NCBI GenBank assembly: GCA_021836035.1
Contig: JAKBJL010000002.1
Span: 3,691-67,690, forward strand
Direction: 5' to 3'
Source: a bacterium
GTDB lineage: Bacteria; Patescibacteriota; Microgenomatia; JAMCZE01
Length of the DNA: 64,000 nt
Under the pieces are notes generated by a model. That model was not told where the DNA came from. It made no database searches and saw nothing but the letters and a program-made list of their open reading frames with translations. Below, one piece after another: positions 18,617 to 28,209 of this stretch. The position numbers and the translations under genes were made by a program. The first letter of the stretch is position 1, and every line of letters begins with the position of its first letter.

Positions 18617-20368
18617 TTACGGACTTATTCCATAATAGAGCAGAAGGTCATGGGCAATGGCAAAAAAGATCGGGCCGGCGGTATCCGAGCCCCAAGGACG
18701 AACCGCCGGTTCATTCAGTTTGACCAGCAAGAGAAATTTAGGATTGTCCGCCGGGGCAAAACCGATAACGGAACCGATGGTTTTACCTTGCGCGTAATGA
18801 CCCGCGATGGCAATCTGGGCGGTACCGGATTTAGCGGCAATTTTGAAACGGGACAATCCGGCTATCCGGTCGCGGGGAAAATGCAGCGGGCTTTTTTCCG
18901 TGACGCTGACCATCATTTCCGCTATGGTCTTGGTAGTAGCTTCGGAAAGAACCCGCGGGCCGATTTTCGGTTTAATCTCTACCGCCCGATCACCATCCCG
19001 GACGCTGGTAACCACCTGCGGCGTTACCAACATCCCCCCGTTAGCCAAGGCGCAGTAGCCGCGTATCATCTGGACGGCTGTAACCGCGATCCCCTGGCCG
19101 AAAGTAAGCGTCGCCAAATCCAGCGGATACCAGTCCTTCCCCGGATCAAAAGTCCCCGCCTCTTCTCCCTGAAGATCGATGCCGGTTTTTCCTCCGAATC
19201 CGTAGATATCCAGATAGTGCAGCAGTTTTTCTTTTCCCAGTTTCTCTCCGACAAAAACCATTCCGGTATTATCCGAATTTTCCAAAGTTTCCGTCATGGT
19301 AGTATTAGGGTGGTATTTGTTGTTGAAAGTACGGATTATTCCCCCCTCTATCTGCCGGGGACCGGCACAACGGTCACAGACGGTTTCCGGTTTAACTTTA
19401 CCCTCGTTTATCGCCGCCGCCATGATCAGGGGCTTTATAATTGAACCGGGTTCGAAAGCTTCGGCTACCGCTGGATTATCGTAGTTGTTTTCCGGATAAA
19501 AAGCATAATTCGCGGGATCATATGCGGGGAATGAAGCCATGGCGATAATTTTTCCGCTATAAGGATCAGCGACTATGGCCGTACCCTCCGGAGCGTCCCA
19601 ATCCTTCATACCGGCCTGGAGCTTTTCCTCTACAATTTGCTGGACATTTCGGTCCACGGAGGTAAGCAGGCTCCTGCCGTCTTCCGAGGGCTCGTTAAAT
19701 TCGCTACCGATGGCGATCGGCCGGTTAAAAGCGTCTCTCTCCAGCTTTTTCAGTCCCGGACGGCCGGCCAGCTCCCGGTCATAGTAACCCTCCAGGCCGA
19801 AATAACCTTTGGGCGTTCCGTTCTCGTCGGAACCGACAAAACCGAATAATTGGGCCGCCATAGAAGCTTCGGGGTAAAATCTGGTTTGCTCTTCTTCGAA
19901 ACCCAACCCGCCAACCTTAAGGTTGGCGATTTCCTCTTTGGTTTTCCGGCTCAAATTGTGGCGCAGAACCGTCCAAAACGACCCTTCCTGTCCCAACAGC
20001 CTGGTAAGGTTCTCCTTTAGGTCGGAGGCCACTTTTTGCGGTTCTGCCGAGTCAGTTGCCGGTATGTTCATGTCGGCCATGAGAAGCGGAGTCAATTTTT
20101 CCGCCGTCTCCGCCGGGTTATTTTTAAAGAGCCGCAGGTCGGCATAAAGCATGAAAGCCGGCTGATTGGCTACCAGGACATTGTTGTCGGCAGAAAGGAT
20201 TTCTCCTCTTTTGGCCGGAATCACCAAAGTACTGAAGTGTTGCGCGTCGGCAATAGCCGCTAAACTGTCAGCCGAACGAATTTGCCAAAAAAAAAGCCGT
20301 AAGGCGATAATGGCGAAACCCAGAATAAATAACAACGAAAGGGCGCGCAGGCGGACGGAAAAACTCAT
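18617..20368 (-). CDS. ftsI: peptidoglycan D,D-transpeptidase FtsI (class B PBP)
   Basis: N-terminal TM, PBP dimerisation domain, and transpeptidase motifs SIIKP (SxxK), SDN-like and KSGTA (KTG). Confidence 0.85.
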   Translation of the reverse strand: MSFSVRLRALSLLFILGFAIIALRLFFWQIRSADSLAAIADAQHFSTLVIPAKRGEILSADNNVLVANQPAFMLYADLRLFKNNPAETAEKLTPLLMADMNIPATDSAEPQKVASDLKENLTRLLGQEGSFWTVLRHNLSRKTKEEIANLKVGGLGFEEEQTRFYPEASMAAQLFGFVGSDENGTPKGYFGLEGYYDRELAGRPGLKKLERDAFNRPIAIGSEFNEPSEDGRSLLTSVDRNVQQIVEEKLQAGMKDWDAPEGTAIVADPYSGKIIAMASFPAYDPANYAFYPENNYDNPAVAEAFEPGSIIKPLIMAAAINEGKVKPETVCDRCAGPRQIEGGIIRTFNNKYHPNTTMTETLENSDNTGMVFVGEKLGKEKLLHYLDIYGFGGKTGIDLQGEEAGTFDPGKDWYPLDLATLTFGQGIAVTAVQMIRGYCALANGGMLVTPQVVTSVRDGDRAVEIKPKIGPRVLSEATTKTIAEMMVSVTEKSPLHFPRDRIAGLSRFKIAAKSGTAQIAIAGHYAQGKTIGSVIGFAPADNPKFLLLVKLNEPAVRPWGSDTAGPIFFAIAHDLLLYYGISP

Positions 20369-20694
20369 GGCAGCTTAGCTGCAAGCGGCAAAGAAATATT
20401 TACATAAACCGCTTTTTCGGCCGGAACAAATCCCATGGCGGAAGCTTCGATACGGATTTTGACCAGAGATTTGGCCGCGGTTACCTGCTGTGATAAAAGT
20501 TCCTTTTGGGCAAGCAGCTCCGCTCGGCGGGTTTCTAAACGATGCAGCTTTTCCGAGGCTTCCACCAGCTGATTAGCGACCATGATGCGGATGGTACAGA
20601 CCAGGCCTAAAATCAGGAGAATAACCGCGGTGGTCCAAAGCCCCCGCCGGTCCCTTTTTTGCTGTTGTTCCAGATATAATTTTTTCATCAGCAT
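20365..20694 (-). CDS. ftsL: FtsL-like small bitopic coiled-coil protein
   Basis: 109 aa with a TM helix plus coiled coil, between rsmH and ftsI. Confidence 0.5.
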   Translation of the reverse strand: MLMKKLYLEQQQKRDRRGLWTTAVILLILGLVCTIRIMVANQLVEASEKLHRLETRRAELLAQKELLSQQVTAAKSLVKIRIEASAMGFVPAEKAVYVNISLPLAAKLP

Positions 20695-20719
20695 ACCTTC
20701 TGCCTTAAGGTTAATTTCC

Positions 20720-21604
20720 CTACTCCTTAACGGTTTTTTCCGCCGCTCTCAATTTCGCGCTGCGGGCCCGGGGATTAATTCTTATTTCCTCAGGCGTAGC
20801 GGCGAGCGGTTTTTCCGTTAAAACTTTTAAAACCGCCTGGCCCCGAAAATAATCTTTCACGATCCGGTCCTCCAGAGAATGAAAGCTGATAACTACCAAC
20901 CTTCCGTCCTTTTTTAAAAGTTCCTGCGCTTGCGGCAAAACAGCCTTCAGGCAATTAATTTCATCATTAACCGCAATCCGCAACGCCTGAAAAACCAAAG
21001 TTGCCGGATGTATTTTACCCTGCCGCTTGCCGACCACCCGGCTGACAATTTCCGCTAACTGTGCCGTGGTGGTAATTTTCCCCGTCTTCCTTTGCCGTAC
21101 TATCGCCCGGGCTAACGCTTGGGCGAATGGTTCCTCTCCGTAAACCCGGAACAGTTTCGCCAACTCTTCCCGGCCCAGACCGTTAAGCAAATCCGCTGCC
21201 GTTGCCGTTTCCACGGTTTGATCCATGCGCATGTCTAAAGGCGCGTCCTGACGAAAACTAAAACCCCGTCCGGCAGATTCCACCTGATAGCCGGATAATC
21301 CTAAGTCCAGTAATATTCCGGCAACCTGGGAAAAATTGGCTTCCGCCGCTATTTCCTTTAAATGTGCAAAGTTCCCGTAGGTTATCACCAGTCGGGAATT
21401 CGGGACTGGGAATTCGGGATTTGATTTAACATATTCCAGAGCCTCTTTATCTTGATCAATTCCCAATACTTTCCCCCCCGCATGGATAATCGCCCAGGTA
21501 TGTCCCCCTCCGCCCAAAGTCGCGTCGATATATTTCTCACCCGGACGAACGTTTAAAAACTCCAAGGTTTCTTTTAAAAGAACCGGAACGTGGAACTGTT
21601 CCAT
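20720..21604 (-). CDS. rsmH: 16S rRNA (cytosine1402-N4)-methyltransferase RsmH (MraW)
   Basis: VPVLLKE...DATLGGGGH...DLGLSGYQ are hallmark MraW motifs. Confidence 0.9.
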   Translation of the reverse strand: MEQFHVPVLLKETLEFLNVRPGEKYIDATLGGGGHTWAIIHAGGKVLGIDQDKEALEYVKSNPEFPVPNSRLVITYGNFAHLKEIAAEANFSQVAGILLDLGLSGYQVESAGRGFSFRQDAPLDMRMDQTVETATAADLLNGLGREELAKLFRVYGEEPFAQALARAIVRQRKTGKITTTAQLAEIVSRVVGKRQGKIHPATLVFQALRIAVNDEINCLKAVLPQAQELLKKDGRLVVISFHSLEDRIVKDYFRGQAVLKVLTEKPLAATPEEIRINPRARSAKLRAAEKTVKE

Positions 21605-21608
21605 GGGC

Positions 21609-22019
21609 CTATGAGACCGTCTCTTTAAGCTTGTCCCTCATCTGCGTCCAATTAGCCTTATTCCAAATTTCAAAATGATCCCCGGCTCCGATGACTACAA
21701 TATCCTGGGAAAGATCCGCAAATTCCCTTAAATTAGCCGGTACGCTGAATCTTCCCTGCGGATCCATTTCTACCTCTTCGGCGGCGGAAAAAATCTGCCG
21801 CCTGATTATCCTTCCGTCGGCCGTGAATACCGGCCGGTCAAATCCCGCCTGGATAATTTTTTCCCACCCTTCGGGGGAAAATCCGAATATGCACTTGTCA
21901 AATCCGGTAGATAAAATCAGGTTGTCGTCGTTTAAAACTCTTCTGATCTTGGCTGGCAGCGCCAGTTGCCCTCCGGCCAAGAGCTTTGGCTCATAGGTTC
22001 CTAAGAAATATTTGTTCAC
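21609..22019 (-). CDS. mraZ: transcriptional regulator MraZ
   Basis: Duplicated MraZ/SpoVT-AbrB halves, including the DPQGR segment. It is the first gene of the dcw cluster. Confidence 0.85.
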   Translation of the reverse strand: MNKYFLGTYEPKLLAGGQLALPAKIRRVLNDDNLILSTGFDKCIFGFSPEGWEKIIQAGFDRPVFTADGRIIRRQIFSAAEEVEMDPQGRFSVPANLREFADLSQDIVVIGAGDHFEIWNKANWTQMRDKLKETVS

Positions 22020-22029
22020 TAATAATCAC

Positions 22030-22090
22030 TAATATGTACTACTTTACACTAGTTTGCCTCATTTTTCACAGAGTGTCAAGACCCATTTTC
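22030..22090 (-). promoter_or_regulatory. candidate Pmra promoter with TTGACA -35 and three direct repeats (MraZ-box candidates)
   Basis: Minus-strand ggtcTTGACAct lies upstream of mraZ. Plus-strand direct repeats catttttcaca (22051), cattttcacaa (22075) and ctttacac (22033) are spaced about 22 bp apart. Confidence 0.35.
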
Positions 22091-22117
22091 ACAAAGGAAT
22101 GCTAAAATCCGGGGAGA

Positions 22118-22642
22118 TTACGAAGCCAAATCGAGAGTTTTAGACCAGGCGGGTTTATCGCCGGAAGTCGTAATAAAATCTAACTCTAAGTCAAGGCTTT
22201 TAACGCCTTTGTAAGGCACACAACTATAGGTTGAGCAGGTTCCCAAATCCATAGTCTTCGTCCAGACGGCCGCCCCCTGCAAATCGATTGGGGTGGTAGA
22301 ATAAGCCCCCTGGCTGCCCCTATTGGTGGTCTCAAATTGCATTACGTATTCCAGGGTTTTTACCAGCCCCTTGGGGATGCCCTTGACGCTGATGCTGACA
22401 TTTTGCAGGCCGTTAACGCTTTGCCCCTTAACCGCGGTCACTTCCAGTTTCTGAACCCACTCCGGTTGGGTGGACAAATCAATTTTGTGCACGGTCGATT
22501 GCGACGGCGGCAGATGTGGGTTAGCCTCCTTCGCCGGCTGATTAAACTGGGCCTTAAACCACAATCCTCCCCCGACCAGAGCCCCCAGTAAACCCACTAT
22601 AATTACGGCAATAATAATTAAAACCTTTTTATTCATAATCAT
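22118..22642 (-). CDS. hypothetical membrane-anchored or secreted protein
   Basis: 174 aa with an N-terminal hydrophobic anchor and no recognisable family. Confidence 0.4.
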   Translation of the reverse strand: MIMNKKVLIIIAVIIVGLLGALVGGGLWFKAQFNQPAKEANPHLPPSQSTVHKIDLSTQPEWVQKLEVTAVKGQSVNGLQNVSISVKGIPKGLVKTLEYVMQFETTNRGSQGAYSTTPIDLQGAAVWTKTMDLGTCSTYSCVPYKGVKSLDLELDFITTSGDKPAWSKTLDLAS

Positions 22643-23972
22643 CCTTCTGATCGCTGAACTTTCCCCGCCAGCCGCTTTGTGATCTCTTCTTCCAGTTTAA
22701 CAACCGGTACTCGCTCTTGTCCAGTACTATCCCGGTCTCTTATAGTCAGCGTACCGTCCTCAAGTGTTTGATAATCAACGGTAAGGCACCAGGGGGTGCC
22801 GATTTCGTCTTGAGCATAATAACGTTTCCCGATATTGCCCCTCTCATCCCAAGCAACTGAGAAAAATTTCCCTTTTAATTGTTGGTAGATTTCCCTGGCC
22901 TGGTGTACTAAGGCTTCCTTATTAGCCACCAGCGGGAAGACCGCAACTTTGTAAGGGGCCAGGCGGGGATCCAGTTTGAGGTAAATTCTTTTAGCGTCCT
23001 CCCGATAAGCGTCCAGCAGAAAAAACAACAACGCCCGGTCTACCCCGCCCGAAGTTTCGATCACCCAGGGAATAAATTCCTCTCCGGTTTCGGGATCACG
23101 ATAACGCAGATCCTGGCCCGAGAATTGTGCATGCCGCGACAAATCCCAATTGCCGCGGTGGTGAATACCCTCAAACTCTTGCCAACCGAAAGGAGAGTCA
23201 TATTCAATGTCCGTTGCCGCCCGGGCGTAATGCGCCCGCTCATCTTCCTCATGATCCCGGAAACGCAATTTTTCCTTATTTATTCCTAGATCCGTATACC
23301 AATCCATCCGCTGACCTTTCCAATAATCAAACCACCTTTGCCCTTCTTTATCTTCCGGCCGGATATAAAACTGCAGCTCCATTTGCTCAAATTCCCGGGA
23401 ACGAAAAGTAAAATTGCCGGGGGTAATTTCGTTACGGAAAGCTTTGCCGATCTGAGCTACCCCGAAGGGGATTCTGACCCTGGTCGATCCGAGGATATTC
23501 TTAAAATTAACATGAACCCCCTGCGTAATTTCGCCGCGCAAATAAACCGCGGTTTCCGCGCCTTCAACCACCCCCAAGTAGGAGCGGACAAGCAGATTAA
23601 ATTTGCGGGGCTGGGTCCAGACGGTTTTATGCGGGTGTAATCTCTCGTGTTCTTTGATTGCTTGGGATGATCGGCTCTTACTCTTTCATGACAAATTTTA
23701 CATTCGACAAGCGGATCGGTAAATGCCTCTATATGCCCGGAGGCTTCCCAAACCCGCGGATTCATCATAATCGCCGCATCCGCTCCCACCGTATCTTCCC
23801 GTTGGTAAACCATCGCTTTCCACCACTCGTTCTTCAGGTTTCTCTTGAGCTCCGTACCGGCCGGACCGTAATCCCAGGTGCCGGCTAAACCGCTGTAGAT
23901 CTCGCTTCCGGGATAAATAAAACCGCGTCTCTTGCATAAACTGACAAGCTTTTCCATTAAATTGTCGTTCAT
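22639..23972 (-). CDS. glyQS: glycine--tRNA ligase (dimeric GlyQS type) with an apparent +1/-1 frameshift near 23660-23685
   Basis: The N-terminal 102 aa (...ECKICHERVRADH) sit in one frame (23972 down to 23667). The GlyRS homologous C-terminal part (IKEHERLHPHKTVWTQPRKFNLLVRSYLGVVEGAETAVYLRGEITQGVHVNF...) is in another frame that opens at 23685. Confidence 0.6.
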
Positions 23973-24520
23973 ATTTCTTCCAAAATTCTCCGGGTTTTAA
24001 CCCGCCTTTCGGCGATCTGTTCCACAAAATCGGTTACTCCGGTCTGCGGATACTGCCCTCTCGGGAGAAAACCCAATTCCCATAATAATTTTATAACAAA
24101 TTCCTTTGCTTTTCTCTCCGCAACCGCTCGCGGGTAGGAATGACCGGCTAAATCCCGCAGATATTTTTGAAAAGCTTCATAAACCCTATCCTGGGATACC
24201 CCTAGCGGCAGTAATTTATCGACAATCTCCGTAACATAGAATAGATAGCCGACGTTAGAAAATCCCGGACTGGTGGCAGAAATTGCCTTGCTGGTGCTTT
24301 TGACCTCGCTGGCCACCTCAAAAGTCCGGCCCTTATGTAAAATTATTTCCGCTTCATTAAACAGTTCGAGATGGGGCGCCCGGCGGCTTTTGATACTTCG
24401 TATTCCCCGGGCGAGGATTTCTATTTTCCCTTTTTCCCGGGTAAAAAGGGTAATCAGCTTATCCCTTTCGGCAATATTTTTCCTTTTCAAAACTATCCCT
24501 CTTACCTTAACGACTCTCAC
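23969..24520 (-). CDS. recO: DNA repair protein RecO
   Basis: N-terminal OB-fold pattern MRVVKVRGIVLKRKNIAERDKLITLFT and a RecO-like length of 183 aa. Confidence 0.65.
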   Translation of the reverse strand: MRVVKVRGIVLKRKNIAERDKLITLFTREKGKIEILARGIRSIKSRRAPHLELFNEAEIILHKGRTFEVASEVKSTSKAISATSPGFSNVGYLFYVTEIVDKLLPLGVSQDRVYEAFQKYLRDLAGHSYPRAVAERKAKEFVIKLLWELGFLPRGQYPQTGVTDFVEQIAERRVKTRRILEEI

Positions 24521-26430
24521 AATTTTAGGCTGATTTCTTTATCGGTGACCAAATCAAATTCCTGCACCTGGCCGTTAACGGAAACTTTGTAGTGATTGTT
24601 CTCCGTGCCCGGCTGTTTTTGAATCAGTTCCTTGTATTCCCCGCTGAACTTGACCGGCGTCTTGTACCTAATCTGAATCTTCTTAATGCTCTGGGGGAAA
24701 ATATCAAAAAAGCCGTCAACCACGGTTTTTCCTAAATCGTCAAAGGTGGTATTTTTATTCTCATAACCCCGCGCTTCCAAAAGAGTGGAACCGGCCGGCA
24801 GATAAACCCGCAGGTAATCCCGGTTCGTTCCGGCAAGACATACTCCCTCCTTGCGTTCTAAACTGCAATTATCCGCCCGGCGCGGATAACGGTATTCAAT
24901 TACCAGATTCGTTTCCGTCCCCTCCGGCTTTACCGTTACCTCCTGGGTAACCGCTTCGGTAATATATAAATTAGATTTTGCCCCTCCCAAATTAGCATCG
25001 TTGATATGCAGATAATCCCCCTGATAGTTTTTGATTTCCCCCCCCGCACCCAAAGCCAAAACTCCTTTTTGCGCGTCGGCATCCAGAAGATAAAAAAGGA
25101 TGTGTTTTTGCTCCATCTCGGTAAAGGCGGTTTGGAATAGCGAACCCCAAAGCTGCCGCGGTGCCCCCATGGCCTTCTGCATCATAGACTGCAAAAGGAC
25201 TCCGATAATATCTTTACGGCTGCCGCGTTCGTAACCTTTGGGCTCATCGGCGTATTTTTCCAATTCCCAAATAATCATCGGGCAGTCGCAAACCGCCACT
25301 TTTTCCGTCGTAAAATTAGTCCCGTAAGCGGGAATCGGACCCAGAACTTCCATGAGTTTTAATAACACATGCGTGTCCATGGCGATAATCCCGTCAATTT
25401 TTTTCTTGTCTGTGGAGGTGTTATACATGGTCATAAAAGTATTCATGGAACTGCCGAAATCGGGGGAAAAGTTGGCGTTACGGATATTCCAAACGGGCTC
25501 CCGTAAGTATTGCGCTATAGCTGCCGGCGGAGCAGGCTTTCTGGTAATGGTCTGATCGAGCTTGTAAATATCATCGGAAGTATCAATGTTGATTTTCCCC
25601 TTCTGCACCCGGAAAACCGCGTAGGCGGTAATAAAACCGCCGGTGGGGCGCAGCTCCGCATCGTTCTGAAAGAGAACCAGATATTTTTTCTCCGTCGTAG
25701 CGCCCAGCAACTGGGGTAATTGTTTGACCATCGGCCGGGCCTCCGTCAGAAAATCCCCGCTGATATCGACCAGCGTTTTGATATCGGTGATCCGGGAGCG
25801 GATCGGTTTACCCTGAAAGTTTTCCGGATAACGGTTAGCGTCAATCTGGTCAATTTCTTTGCGGGTCAGCTCCAGTTTTTCCGCAATGGCGTCAACCTGG
25901 GGAGTGACTTTGTCCAAAGTCTGTACCACGGTAACAATTCGGTCTTCCACCGTCCCGCCGCTAAAAGTGCCTTTCCCCTTAAGACCTAAAATATCGGAAT
26001 AGGGTTCGACGGCGGAAACTAAAATTTCCCCCGCTTCAATCCCATATTTTCCCGCTTTGGTTAAATGAAAGGCGTCGGCGGTATAATTCCCGAGAAACGG
26101 AATCGCTTTGGTCCAGGAAAGCGCTCCCAGGTCCGTTTCGACAGTTCCCAGTTGCGTTTTTAATTCGGAAAGTTTAGCTTTGGTTTTTTCTAAATCCTGA
26201 ACTTTGGCGGCGTCTTTTAATTCCAGCGCCGTTCCGTTTAATTTCATGGCATCCCGGTAGGTCTGGTAGGCCGGCCGGACGAGCAAAAACAGGGCCGCTA
26301 TAGCTACGACAATTACCAGCGCCAGTATGCCGCCGAGAACTTTTACCATCGTACGGATAGGAAATTGTCCGGAGCGGCTATTGCCCTCCGGCGACCGTTC
26401 AATTTTAATTTCTTTTATCTCCCCGAACAT
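24517..26430 (-). CDS. large bitopic extracytoplasmic protein, DUF4012-like
   Basis: 637 aa with a single N-terminal TM helix and a long exported domain. It lies immediately upstream of the polysaccharide cluster, a context typical of DUF4012 proteins. The family call is tentative. Confidence 0.4.
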   Translation of the reverse strand: MFGEIKEIKIERSPEGNSRSGQFPIRTMVKVLGGILALVIVVAIAALFLLVRPAYQTYRDAMKLNGTALELKDAAKVQDLEKTKAKLSELKTQLGTVETDLGALSWTKAIPFLGNYTADAFHLTKAGKYGIEAGEILVSAVEPYSDILGLKGKGTFSGGTVEDRIVTVVQTLDKVTPQVDAIAEKLELTRKEIDQIDANRYPENFQGKPIRSRITDIKTLVDISGDFLTEARPMVKQLPQLLGATTEKKYLVLFQNDAELRPTGGFITAYAVFRVQKGKINIDTSDDIYKLDQTITRKPAPPAAIAQYLREPVWNIRNANFSPDFGSSMNTFMTMYNTSTDKKKIDGIIAMDTHVLLKLMEVLGPIPAYGTNFTTEKVAVCDCPMIIWELEKYADEPKGYERGSRKDIIGVLLQSMMQKAMGAPRQLWGSLFQTAFTEMEQKHILFYLLDADAQKGVLALGAGGEIKNYQGDYLHINDANLGGAKSNLYITEAVTQEVTVKPEGTETNLVIEYRYPRRADNCSLERKEGVCLAGTNRDYLRVYLPAGSTLLEARGYENKNTTFDDLGKTVVDGFFDIFPQSIKKIQIRYKTPVKFSGEYKELIQKQPGTENNHYKVSVNGQVQEFDLVTDKEISLKL

Positions 26431-26471
26431 AAGAAATAAGGAAGTTTCATTTTAACGGATTATTTTCTATT

Positions 26472-27236
26472 TTACCATTCATTAAACATTACCAGGGGCG
26501 TTTTTATGATGATAAAAAGATCGCGCAAGAGTGACTTGCGGGCCGCATATTCCGCATCTAATTGTACTCTTCTGTCCCAGGATAATTTATTGCGGCCGGA
26601 AACCTGCCAGGGACCGCTGAGACCCGGTTTTACCGAGAGGGCAACCTTCAGCTGGCCGTTAAGCTGGGGATAAATCTTTAATTGCTCGGCAATTTCATCC
26701 CCGACCGCATCGCGCCGGTAAGCCCGGGGACCGACCATGCTCATGTCTCCGGCCAGGATATTCCAGAGGTTAGGCAATTCATCAAAGCTGTATTTACGGA
26801 TAAATCTTCCCACTCTGGTAATCCGCGGATCTTCCCCGGCATCGCCGAACTTCCAACCTTCTTTTTTCTTAAAAACCTTCATATATTGCGGATGTCCGAT
26901 TAAGAATTCGTCGGCGTCGCTGACCATGGAACGAAATTTCCACATATCAAAAATTTTTCCTCCCCGGCCGACCCTTTTGGCTTTATAAATAACCGGACCG
27001 GGAGAATCAAATTTAATGGCTATGGCAATCAGCAGCATCAGGGGAAAAAATACCAAACCGACGAGGGTTGCGGAAACTAAATCGATTACCCGTTTGGCCA
27101 GATCATAAATTTCCCCGGCGGAAACGGCGGTAACTGTCGGAGATAAAGTTTTTGAACTCGCTCCTAAAGCGATCGTTCCCGAATCTTTCGGAATTTTTTC
27201 GGCAATCCCCGGGTTTAATCCGGTCAATGTCGGCAT
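26472..27236 (-). CDS. polyprenyl-phosphate sugar-phosphate transferase (Bac_transf/WbaP-EpsL C-domain type, priming enzyme)
   Basis: KRVIDLVSATLVGL...AIKFDSPGPVIYKAKRVGRGGKIFDMWKFRSM...MSMVGPRA carry the canonical sugar-transferase motifs. The track start overlaps the upstream GT4, so the true start is probably internal and non-ATG. Confidence 0.8.
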   Translation of the reverse strand: MPTLTGLNPGIAEKIPKDSGTIALGASSKTLSPTVTAVSAGEIYDLAKRVIDLVSATLVGLVFFPLMLLIAIAIKFDSPGPVIYKAKRVGRGGKIFDMWKFRSMVSDADEFLIGHPQYMKVFKKKEGWKFGDAGEDPRITRVGRFIRKYSFDELPNLWNILAGDMSMVGPRAYRRDAVGDEIAEQLKIYPQLNGQLKVALSVKPGLSGPWQVSGRNKLSWDRRVQLDAEYAARKSLLRDLFIIIKTPLVMFNEW

Positions 27237-28209
27237 GTCTTACAATATTAACCAGCGCTTCTGGTTTTTGTTCCTCGAAAAACCACCCCGTCTTTCCCTG
27301 GATCACAGTCTCGGTTACTCCGCCCTTACCCAAAGCGATCACCGGCTTACCGAAACTCTGAGCTTCAACGGCAACGAGATTAAAATCTTCTTCTCCGGGA
27401 ATAACTACCGCCCGGCAATTATTATAATAACGGTTCCGCTCCTCATCTGTCAAACTTCCCAAGAAGTCAATATTTGTTTTCGCCAGCGCTTTTAATTTAC
27501 CTTCCTCGCGGCCGCTACCGATTATTTTTAGCGGCCAACCCAGTTGATTAAAAGCGGATACGGCGATATCTAACCGTTTCTGCGGCGCCAGGCGGGAAAC
27601 AATCAGATAAAAATCCCCCGGGGGCGACAGTTGGTCCAAAGAGCCTAAACTTTCTAATCCCACGGGCGGATAGATTACCGTGCTCTCCCGCTGATAATAT
27701 CTTTTAATCCTTAATCTTACCGTTTCCGAAATGGCCAGATAGATATCCGGGCGTTGGGCAATAATCCGGTCATACCATCTTAAATAATTTACCAAGGGTT
27801 TGGTTAGCATTTTAAAGGCGGCCGGCTTTCCGGAGAAATACTGCTCATAACCCGACCACAAATAACTTACCGGGGTAAGGCAGTAGCAGATATGCAAAGT
27901 CTGAGGTTTGGTGATCACGGCTTTGGCAAATTCGTGAGTGACGGTAATCACCAGATCGAAATCGTCTAAATTCAAAGTTTCAAAGGCGGGGCCCATTATA
28001 TATGGATAATATTCGTGTTCAGATTTGGGTAAGGGAGTATTTTGAATAAATGTTGTTCTCACATCAAATACATCAGCCCATGGTGCTCCGCTTATATCAT
28101 ACACAGAGGTGTAAAGCGGTGCTTCCGGCAGAATTTGATGCAGGGCTAATAATACCTGCTCCGCGCCGCCGAATTTATTAACCCGATCGTAAACCAACGC
28201 TGTCTTCAT
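27103..28209 (-). CDS. glycosyltransferase family 4 (GT-B)
   Basis: C-terminal GT4 EX7E region (PGEEDFNLVAVEAQSFGKPVIA). Confidence 0.8.
   Translation of the reverse strand: MKTALVYDRVNKFGGAEQVLLALHQILPEAPLYTSVYDISGAPWADVFDVRTTFIQNTPLPKSEHEYYPYIMGPAFETLNLDDFDLVITVTHEFAKAVITKPQTLHICYCLTPVSYLWSGYEQYFSGKPAAFKMLTKPLVNYLRWYDRIIAQRPDIYLAISETVRLRIKRYYQRESTVIYPPVGLESLGSLDQLSPPGDFYLIVSRLAPQKRLDIAVSAFNQLGWPLKIIGSGREEGKLKALAKTNIDFLGSLTDEERNRYYNNCRAVVIPGEEDFNLVAVEAQSFGKPVIALGKGGVTETVIQGKTGWFFEEQKPEALVNIVRHADIDRIKPGDCRKNSERFGNDRFRSEFKNFISDSYRRFRRGNL

Noticed and set aside
18572-19444. 290-aa plus-strand ORF antisense to ftsI, and the other 60-100-aa antisense ORFs throughout 5-60 kb
   Set aside because: These are embedded in strongly supported genes, have no family resemblance and are Arg/Gly-rich, so they are most likely frame artefacts.
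26472-27236. 134-nt overlap between the priming transferase and the upstream GT4 as a real overlapping-gene feature
   Set aside because: Homology of the transferase begins well inside the ORF, and the track start is probably an over-extension to an upstream alternative start codon.
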